A stretch of DNA of 64,000 bases from Trichinella spiralis (lineage: Eukaryota): positions 1,230,990-1,294,989 of the forward strand of contig NW_003526945.1 in the NCBI RefSeq assembly GCF_000181795.1, written 5' to 3'. The number at the start of each line of letters is the position of its first letter. The first letter of the stretch is position 1. Under the pieces are notes generated by a model. The model was not told the origin of the DNA and made no database searches. It saw only the letters and a list, made by a program, of their open reading frames with translations. Of this stretch, positions 54,739-64,000 are shown piece by piece. A program made the translations under genes and the position numbers.

Positions 54739-57700
54739 ATGGGAGTTATCGTGAACCACTCGAAATTTTTGTTTATGTACGGGCGAACTGTTCCCCGAAA
54801 CTTAGCTTACCAAGACGTGCGTATTCCAACTAGCAACTTGGGGAACAGCTTTTGCGCAGTGAATCCAAAATTCATTTCGTTTGTACTTGATGTTTCCGGT
54901 GGCGGGGCGTTTCAGGTTGTACCGTTGAAAAGGGTATGCTTGACTTTTAACTCGATAATTTTGAAAATTGAAATAGTTTCAATGTCGTACGAAAATCTCT
55001 TAGTGTGTTGTTTTGATTTATATGAGAAATGTTATTTTGCTTTGTTTAAATTTTTTGCGAATGTATTATATTTTTGTTTATTGGTTTATTGAAAATCGAA
55101 TCGTTCAGACTGGTCGAATAGACTGTGTCTATGGCCGTATGAATGGGCATCGAGGGCCAGTTTCTGATTTGAAATTCAATCCGTTCAATGACAATGTGTT
55201 GGCCTCATGTTCCGAAGACAGTACGGTACGTGCTCACAGAACCTGCACAATGCATGTTAAATACTGTAATGTTTCTTTTTTTAAGGTGAAGTTGTGGTAC
55301 ATATCTGATGAGCACAGCTGTGATCCACTTATTGAAGAGATTCATCATTTGGAAGGGCATCGCAGCAAGGTGGTATGTGCCGAATGGAGTCCAACTGTGG
55401 AGAATTTGTTGGTCAGCGGTGATATTGATTCCAAGGTTGCGTAAATAATATATTTATTATTATAATTGTATTAATATAAATTGTATGCAAATGATTACAA
55501 TTTAGATATTGGTTTGGGATGTCAGCGTTGGGGTGCGTATCAGAGAGATCCGCGTGGGCAAAGATGCTGTATGCTCGTTGAGTTTTAACTGGAATTGCAG
55601 TTTGTGCGCCATCACCACTAAAGATCAACTGTTGTGCATTGTCGATCCACGGAAAGAAAAAATTGTTGCGGTAATTGAATTTGAATATTTTTACATCGAG
55701 CAAAAACATTGTTAGTTTAGTATTGTTTTAAATTATTCATTTATTTTAAATTTTAGAGCTGTGTTTGTCACGAACTGAGGAAATCAAACAAGGTAATTTA
55801 TCTTCATGGCAAGTTGTTGTTGACTACTGGCTTTAGTCGTAGCTGCTATCAGCAAATCAAAATTTGGAACGAAGTATAAAAATTTTGTTCAGTTGTTATT
55901 CAATGAGAAAATGTGTGATGTTTCTTGTTTTCAGGAAAACCTTGATAGTCCGTTAACAGTTATCGAGTTGGACTTATCTCCGGGAATCCTCTTTCCATTT
56001 TTTGATCGAGATCTGAATTTGATTTTCATTAGCAGCAAGGTAAATGTTTTTCTTTTCAACTATTTTCGAGTGATTGGTTTTTTTTCTCAGGGACATAGTA
56101 GAATTATGTTTTACGGAATCACCGATTCCCAGCCGTATATTCGATACTTGAACGAATACAACTCCGGCAGGTCGGTGCATGGTGCGGTGGCGATGTGCAA
56201 GCGAGGCTTGCGTCGAGATGAATGTGAAGTATTTCGAATATATCAGATACACAGCGACTCTGACATTGTGGACCCAATCTCGTTCACTGTTCCTAGAAAG
56301 GTGAAATAAATTGAACAGATGTGATTGATTGCTTATTTGATATTTTGAATATTTTGACGTTGTTCTATCTAGACTGAAGGATACTGTAAGGATCTTTATC
56401 CAGAAACGGCGGCGCCGACGCCTGCGTTGACGCTCAAAGAATGGTTAAGCGGCATTGATCGAGGGCCGATAATGATGCTGTTGAATGTAAATTAATTTCT
56501 CTTCTGTTGCCTGCTATCCAATTTTATGTGAATTCATACATTTCAAGTTTAAAATTGAAAAACAAACAACATAATTAACATAAAATATAATAAGTTGATT
56601 TATAATTTGACGATTGGGAATGTTGTAGGAAACTGGTGATATGAAGACGCATAAACCTGTGATGTTTAAAACGCGTTTTGAGCAACAAACTAATGACAAG
56701 GCACCGAAAGGAAGATCTGTTTTGGTGACATCAGATCGGAACAACGATTTGAAGTTTATGTTTTTGAACCAAATGACACGTCCAGATTACAGAGAAATTG
56801 CCTCTGATAAGCGTACTGAAACGGAATCTGTGATGGGAGAAGAATCGAAAATGTAGAAAAAAGGATCTTCACATTTCAATGTGGGTTGTGTTCAATGATT
56901 TGTTTTAGACTACTAAGTGAAGTTAGTTCGGTAGAAGAAGCAGACGAAAAGTTAGAAGACACTCCGAGCTGCCAGACTGCAGTGGCTAGTGTTGTGGGAT
57001 CTCCAAAGCTGGAGGTAAATCAGTGTTTGCAAGTTAACCCCTTAGCTGGCCAAGAATGCGCATATGATAAACAAGGCGATTTTGTCGACACAACATTTGC
57101 TTGCTTGTAGAATGGGAATGAATTAGGAATTTCAAAGCGAAAAAAGTTGTTCACTTTGAATGGTGATAATGAAACGGGCGCCATGATGAAGTTTGATGAT
57201 TTCAAACAGTCCTGGCGAGAAACTTCACGTTTTGCAAAACGTATCTGGACTGCCAAGAGCAGGTAACCGATACGGACAGATTGTGTTGTATTGTTGTTGA
57301 ATTGATAGAATATAAGTTTGGATTTGGATTTCAAATTTTCCCTCATTTCAGCTACGCGAAGCGTGAAAATGAAGAACCTTGTTCACTGGTAAAGTGCTCA
57401 GATATTCATGGCTCGCCATTATTGGAGTTGCGTAATCCGGTAGAAATGAAAAACTTTGTAAGTAAAAAATTCAAATTTAACATTTCCATTTGAAAATATT
57501 TTACCATAGTTTAATATGCACTTAATTGATAACTTTGATATTTTTTGGCATTTTTGTGTTGTTGTTGTTGTTGTTGTTGTAGGTCAGATTTTTAATTTTT
57601 AGGACATTTCGAGTAAAATGGAAATTCAGCAATCAGTAACGAAAGCAGAAATTGATAACAAGACTGAAAAGCTGAATAAACGTGTGCGATATTTGTTAAA

Positions 57701-57902
57701 TGTGGTCGAAAAGCAGGCTGCTGAACTTAACGATGTCAAACAGCGATTGACTGAGATTGAAAAACGATTGCAGCAAAAAGAAGAAACGATCCAGTGCCTG
57801 CGTAATGAAATACGCTGGAGATCTGCGCGCATCACTCAACTCGAGGACGAGTTGAGCGCAGTGGTCAACACATCTGAAGACGAGGATGTGGACAACTACT
57901 GA
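54739..57902 (+). CDS. Coronin (WD40 propeller, unique region, C-terminal coiled coil)
   Basis: SKF..FCAVNPKF..SGGGAFQVVPL; GHRGPVSDLKFNPFNDNVLASCSEDSTVKLW; GHRSKV..WSPT; LLTTGFSR; GILFPFFD; DPISFTVPRK; DLYPETAAPTPAL..EWLSG; coiled-coil last exon ending 57902. Confidence 0.95.
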
Positions 57903-58479
57903 TCTCTGTGACGTATTTTATCAAAGATATCATCTAGTGTTACTTATTTTCTTAAACTACTTAATTATAGATATTTAAATTTTTATTTATCATTTATATT
58001 CTCATACTGTTGTGGATTTATTTTTTAAAATAACTTTAACTATAATGTAGTGATAATAAAAATTCAGTTATTTAAATGAAACTTTTTCAGTCAAAAAAAA
58101 GTTAAGTCTTCAAATGAATGTGAATGTGAACTTTACTTACATTTTTATGCAACTTCCAATAAAAATAAAGAATGTTTATTTTCATGGCAGTTGCTGATAT
58201 ATTATAATTTTCTGATAATCGATTCGATCAGTCGAACTGGTTGAACTTGCAAATCAGAAATCAAATGTTGTCAAATGTATTTCTTCTATAACTTACTTAC
58301 CCCATTTATCTGGATCATTTTCACCGTTTTTTATTTGACTTGTAAAAATGCATATTTATGTATGCATCTATGTGTACCGTATTTTCAATTTCAGTCAGTC
58401 AATAATTGCCACATGATTTGAACAATACGTGTATGACAAGCTTATGGATACAGTTTGCTAATATTGATTTACTTTCGAA

Positions 58480-58493
58480 GTTGCTATGGTGAC
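58480..58493. promoter_or_regulatory. RFX/DAF-19 X-box
   Basis: GTTGCTATGGTGAC; reverse complement GTCACCATAGCAAC fits GTHNYY-AT-RRNAAC at every position; about 380 bp upstream of the predicted ATG of a ciliary gene. Confidence 0.8.
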
Positions 58494-58869
58494 AAGCATG
58501 TCTTGCTCAGAATTATGCTATTTATTTGTTTATTTATTTGCATTTCATTTCAGCCATGTGCTACGAGGATGCGATGAAGTTGATAAATTTTTTCCGTATT
58601 AAACGCTTTTTTATTTAGTGAGGAAAAATTTGAACATGAATTCTTTTTCAGAAGATTCCTGTTGAATTTTGAACTTTGAAATCAAATGAAACGTATGATT
58701 GATTTATCTGAAAATAAATGAATCACAACAAGGTGAGCAGTTACTTTAACGAATTATTTATTTTTTCTTTTTTCTCAACGAATGTACCTTCATTCAATCA
58801 GTATCAGTATATTTCAGCTTCAGGATAAATAGTATCTTGCTTTGTAAAAGAAATCATTCATAATCGAAA

Positions 58870-61800
58870 ATGAACGAAGAATCATTCGATATGAAAACAA
58901 TAAATGAACCATCCGCCGCCGCCCCTGTTCCTGCACCTCGGAAAAGAGAAAGCCTGGCTAAGAAATTGAAATCAACCTTGCCCAGTGAAATTCACTCAGA
59001 CAGTAATAAAGATTTTGTGAATTTTTTTTTTGATTATGGCAATTTAATCTTGAAGATAATTCACAGATTTATCATTTCAGATTGGCTTTCAGTCAGTATT
59101 TTTTTAAAGAATATTTTGCTAATGTGGGCTTATTTCAGTTACGAAAAGAGAAGAATTGAAAGAAGCTGCTTCGCCATATTCAGAGTCATTGCTTTTCAAA
59201 AATGCTGATTCAGACCGAAGTGCATCGTCGAATTCACAAGTACCTCTACGACTTCGTGATAAAGTGAAAAATTTCCAGGTGATATGCACATAAGTTGTAC
59301 ATAGAATGAAAACAAAAAAAATTTTTTATTGATTTAAATTTTAGTGCATTAGCAGAGTGAAAGAACATGTACTGAAAAAAAGGTTTGAATCAAATACTGA
59401 ACAAGCTGAAGTTCGACGACTATCCACATTGGATAAGGTACGGCAATGTTGCCTTTTTCCATTCTCATATTATATATGCGTTGAGTAAATTTAAATTTCA
59501 GCATAGAGAAGACGAAATTAAACGTGAACAAAATTTTGAATACTTTCGTAAAAAGTACGAAGACTGGAAGAAAAGTCACAGTGATTTGAAAGAAAAAATT
59601 GAAGTATTAGTATTGTTGCTCGCAGTGTTGTGATGTTGCATAATTGTTATATTATTTGAAGAGAAATTGTGCTTCTGACGAGGAGCAGTTGCAATTTTTC
59701 ACAAATATTTCTTTGGCTGAAAGTGATGATTTTTTCCTGGCTTCCGTTGCAGTAAGTTGACATTATTATAATCGACCGTTTGCAAAAGATCATTTTCATT
59801 TGTAACTTTTAGCCATGTGCGAAGCGTGAATCTGATTATACAGGTTATTGTAGCTTTGAAAAAGGTCTTGGAATTTGAAAATTAATAAAAATCGCATTTT
59901 TCAGATCTGAAAGAGGTGAAAATTATGGCAAAAATCGAACCCATTCTGAGGCCTTTCAAAATGCAACTGGAAACAGAAAATCAATTGTATTATTTTCCAG
60001 AATCTAGTAAGAAATTTTTTTGTTATGTCCATATGTATCTCGATTATGATTTAAGTTAATCAATTTTCTGTTTCAGATGTTAGGCAGAGGCGTGTCAGAG
60101 CTTCCACTGTTGAGTTGGAAGAAGGTGTTTACTGTGGTCCAGAATTGGGTCTGTCGACTCGAAATGTAGATACGATGAAAGCTCGTTTGCTAGTCGAAAA
60201 GCGAAAGGTACATTTTATTTATTTATCTGTATAGTTAATTTATTTTAAATTTTCAAATTGTTCATGTTTGTAATTTTAGCTGAATTTGTGGATTCATAAA
60301 GAAGAAATAGCACGTTTACCAATGTCATTAATCAATTTTCCTGTAAAGTTGGACTTTTCGCAAGGCAGTCATGCTTCAATGATAACTAGCTATACAGTAT
60401 GTTTGTTAGTACTCATTTCTTTAGCAGATTACTGTCTGTTGAGTTGTACTATTTAAGCCTGCAGTGACGAATGTTCAGTCGAGGATGAACTACGGGGTTT
60501 ACCAGCTTGACGTTGAATTAAGCAAGTTGATGTTCACTCACCATTCGCTTTTTTCTAAAGAGGATGTGCTATGTCGGCGCTTGTTGGAACAATACCACGG
60601 CTATGAAAGGCGACTACGCGAGAGTACATCCTACTACTATGCCCAGCGTGTAACAAACTGCACTGATAATTAATTAATTAAAAGTGGGCTATTTAATTGT
60701 TTTATTTAGCTGGAAGACGTGAAATCAAAAGTCAGAGAACTGAAAGCTAAAGTGAATCATCTGAATTTGCATAATGATTCAGAGCAGATTAATGATTTGA
60801 GCCGTTTGATTGGAAAGCTACAGAAAGAATCTAGGTGAAATAGAAAAATGCCCACCTTTTGCCAATGAAAAACTGATTTCTTTTTTTATTTCATAGAGAA
60901 CTTCGAAAATTGCGAAACAAAGAAGAAACGTTCGATTTGCAGTTGTTGCAATCCATGGTGGCCAACTGGAATATTATAAAACGTCTTCGAATATGGCAAG
61001 GTTACACTACAACATCTTTCAAGTTAACTTTGGAAAAGTAATATTAAAAGAAAAAATTTTCCTATGAAACTGGCAAAGTTGATAAAAAAATTTTTTTTTG
61101 AGATATGAAGTGGATGAAGTGAAAGACAAGGAAAAATGGGAAGAAGATTTAATGGATGAATTAGAAGAAAGGGAAGATGAACATATCGCTTTGCAAAGCA
61201 AAGTATTTGTTGTTTTTTTCTAACTGATTGTCATTTTGAAAGCGAAATTTATTTTTTACTTGTTAACAGAGTTGTTTAATTTACATTTCAGAACCTGCAA
61301 AACGAAGACAATGATCAATCGCCTAGTGAAAGTATGCCCTTTGACAGAAATTTTGCCTGGATGGAGATTTGTGCTAATGCATTGAAGACAAGAAGAAACC
61401 CAGGTAAGCGATGCTGATTATGCATGTTCTTGAAAGTGATTACAGTATGATCGCGTTGCAGGTGAGCCGTTGTTAGTGCCAGTACTTGGCAGTTCATCGA
61501 CCATAACTCCGATAGATCAATGCCCAAAGTATGATGGATGTGTGATGTGGATAATTTGTTATTCTCATCTCATCCTCTTCATCATGCATGTATTTATTGT
61601 TCATCATTTAGAGCAGAGAAAGAACGAAGACAAGAAATTACACGTCATAAAATTATGCTAAAGCTTTATTACAATGGCAAAGAAGTTTGTTCTACGCAAA
61701 GTCGTCCGTTGAATTTGGACTTTTGCGTTTTAATCAACCAAAAGTTCAACTTGATGGTTAGTGAATGGCCGCAGAGCCTTTCTTTTAAGGTCAGTTTTGT

Positions 61801-64000
61801 TGTGTGAAAAGAGAAAAAATTCTTACTGATCTGTTATTGGTTGTTCAAGATTTTTGAATCTTCTGGACATGGTTGGGATGAAATTGCCACGGTATGCGTG
61901 CCTATTCCAAGCTATTCACAGATAAGCACACCCGACATGGCTCTTTTGGACGAAATTGAATTTGCAAGTGAACTGAAAGCTAAATACACTCATTCAGCAG
62001 TAGGAGCAGGTATGCTTGACAAAGAATAGTGATGAATTTGAATTGAATGTCTTTTTTTTTATTTTGAGGCAATACTGTGAATTTTTATCTGAATGGAGTG
62101 CCGTCGTGTATACCCCGCATTTCCGGTGTTTTGCGCTGCTTAGCTCGTTGGGGGAAAGACCATTCTGGAAAACCATTGTTTCCCCCATTCAAAGAACGTA
62201 CTCGAACTTGGTATTTATTGCTATCCATTGTCTCTTTGTAAATAAATTACTATTTGAAGTGAATCTATTTTTATTTTACTATTTTTTTCAGTTTATTTTC
62301 AAATAAAAACAGCGTGTTTATTATTTTTAGTGTCATTTTGAATCAGAATTTTCAGTTTGAAACTGATTCTGCAAATGCCGTCGATCCTAATGATCCTAAA
62401 ATTGTTGCCGCTCAGAATATGGTATTGTTGTTGTTCTACAGTTGACTTTTGGGCATTAAAATTTTCTGATGAATAATCTTCAAACGTGTAGAAATCATCT
62501 GCGTTGTGCAGAAAAGATTCTGGCGCTTTGACAGGGTTCATTGTTGTACCAGCGGAATGTCAGCTCGTGACAGCAGGAGAATTCCTTCGAAATTTACGAT
62601 ATCGTTGTTTGCAACTTCGATCAGAAAAGGTGCCGCATTTGATGAATATCCAGCCGTTTCCAGCACTTGATCGAGAAATACCAAAAGATATTTTAAGTGT
62701 AAGCTGTTTATTTTATCAAACATTTTAAAACCATATTTTGTTACTGTATAGAAAGACACATTTATATTGGTAAACTGTAATTGGTAATGAAATTGTGAAT
62801 AGGAAGTTTCTGAAAAATAATAAGCAATTCATATTTTTTATTCATTTTAGGTGGATGAAGATATTTTAGAAAAAGGTGATGAACTATTTGAAATGAAGGA
62901 ATTAGAACAATATTTGCGATCAGCGAAGCAAGCTGCCGCGGTAATGGGTTTTTTGAAACTGCTTCAAGATTTATTTATTTTATGTTTTATTGTTGAAATT
63001 TTTGTTTTAAGATGCGGTGGAAGTTATTACAAAGTCTGTGCTCAATGGAGAGTACTCCCGTTTATAAAGATTTGGTAAATGAACCTGATCTGAAAAGTCT
63101 TTAGTAAGTTTTAAAATGTACAAACGAGATACAGTTTACAATCATAGCAAAGTAGTTTAGTTTATTGAAGAAGTTTTTGCTCACTGAACGTGATCGTCCA
63201 TTGAGGCCGACACAGCGATCTTTGAGAAGTTTAACATCTCAATCAAATAATTTTGATCACTGTACAAATGGAAAAGTTCGGTTAATAATTAACGTCATCA
63301 GAGCATTTAATCTTCTGACATCTAATCTTCCACCGTAAGTGCTAACAAGTTAATGGTTAAGATCAATCTGTATTTTTGAGTAAAATATTAAAATTAACGT
63401 ACATCAACTGCCTGAAATTTATGTAAAGCGTTTTTGTAGGATAACGACAGCAGCAACAAGAGAGACTGACTCATCGATACTGGTGATTGAAAAACAGACC
63501 AGAATCAATAAATTTCGGGCATTATTTAAAGTGAATCGTTTTAGACCAAAAAACTATTGCAAACTGTAGTATATATGCGTTTTCGAGATAAACTTTTGCG
63601 GACTTCAGTTGCCGAAGGCACCGACCCGACGTGGAATCATGTTTTTATATTGGAATTCAAGTAAGAGAAAAATAAATATACGGATGAAATGAATTTTTTA
63701 ATCAATCAAGTAGTTTTAAGCGGAAGATGAATTTTATTATTATATGATTTTCAGGTTAATCAAATTATTCATGTTTTCATTTTGGTAGTATGAATGTCTT
63801 TCCTTTTAAAGTTAATCACTTGTATCGTTTATTAGGCCAACAAAAACTAGCGGCGGTGCAATAGATAGAGTATCCTGGTCTCAGTACATACAGTTTGATG
63901 TTTTTGAACAATCAGCAGTTGAAGTTCCAAAAGTAATCAGATTATTGTTTTGTATAATTTATATGCTAGTGAGAATGTGTGTGCATGCAAATGTAATTAG
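58870..64000 (+). CDS. mks-6: CC2D2A / Meckel syndrome 6 transition-zone protein, many short exons, continues beyond the window; start uncertain
   Basis: YQLDVELSKLMFTHHSLFSKEDVL, coiled coil ELRKLRNKEE..WNIIKRLR..GYTTT, KLYYNGKEVCSTQSRPL..WPQSL, VDPNDP, C2 domain NVIRAFNL..TSVAEGTDPTWN. Confidence 0.88.

Noticed and set aside
56377..56384. U12-type donor GTATCCTT on the minus strand
   Set aside because: It is antisense within a coronin exon; no U12 intron was seen among the junctions I inspected.
62060..62210. GC-rich block that looked like an intronic ncRNA
   Set aside because: It translates as a CC2D2A exon (ISGVLRCLARWGKDHSGKPLFPP).

Overview
AT-rich, intron-dense eukaryotic DNA; short introns, TTTCAG-like acceptors and the gene set suggest a nematode, with a Trichinella-like (clade I) genome as an unverified guess. 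Joining exons by hand gives 12 protein-coding genes: PSMG2/PAC2 (+), GTP-dependent PEPCK (-), mitochondrial-type IleRS (+), a 4-exon VHL that the ORF track nearly misses (+), an SLC16 monocarboxylate transporter (-), GRB2/sem-5 (-), DCC/unc-40 (+), an ER FKBP with EF-hands (-), an M1 aminopeptidase-like protein (+), EXOC2/sec-5 (-), a coronin (+) and CC2D2A/mks-6 (+, runs off the window). A frameshifted piggyBac remnant with one intact end lies near the start. Main findings: the M1 peptidase has lost every zinc ligand and catalytic residue on an otherwise intact gene; the divergent FKBP also lacks key active-site residues; a perfect RFX/DAF-19 X-box sits upstream of mks-6; two GC-AG introns; and a speculative VHL-PEPCK-MCT hypoxia neighbourhood. 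No rRNA, tRNA or CRISPR array was recognised and I cannot claim a wholly new system. CDS coordinates are genomic spans including introns; all family calls come from motif recognition, not database searches.
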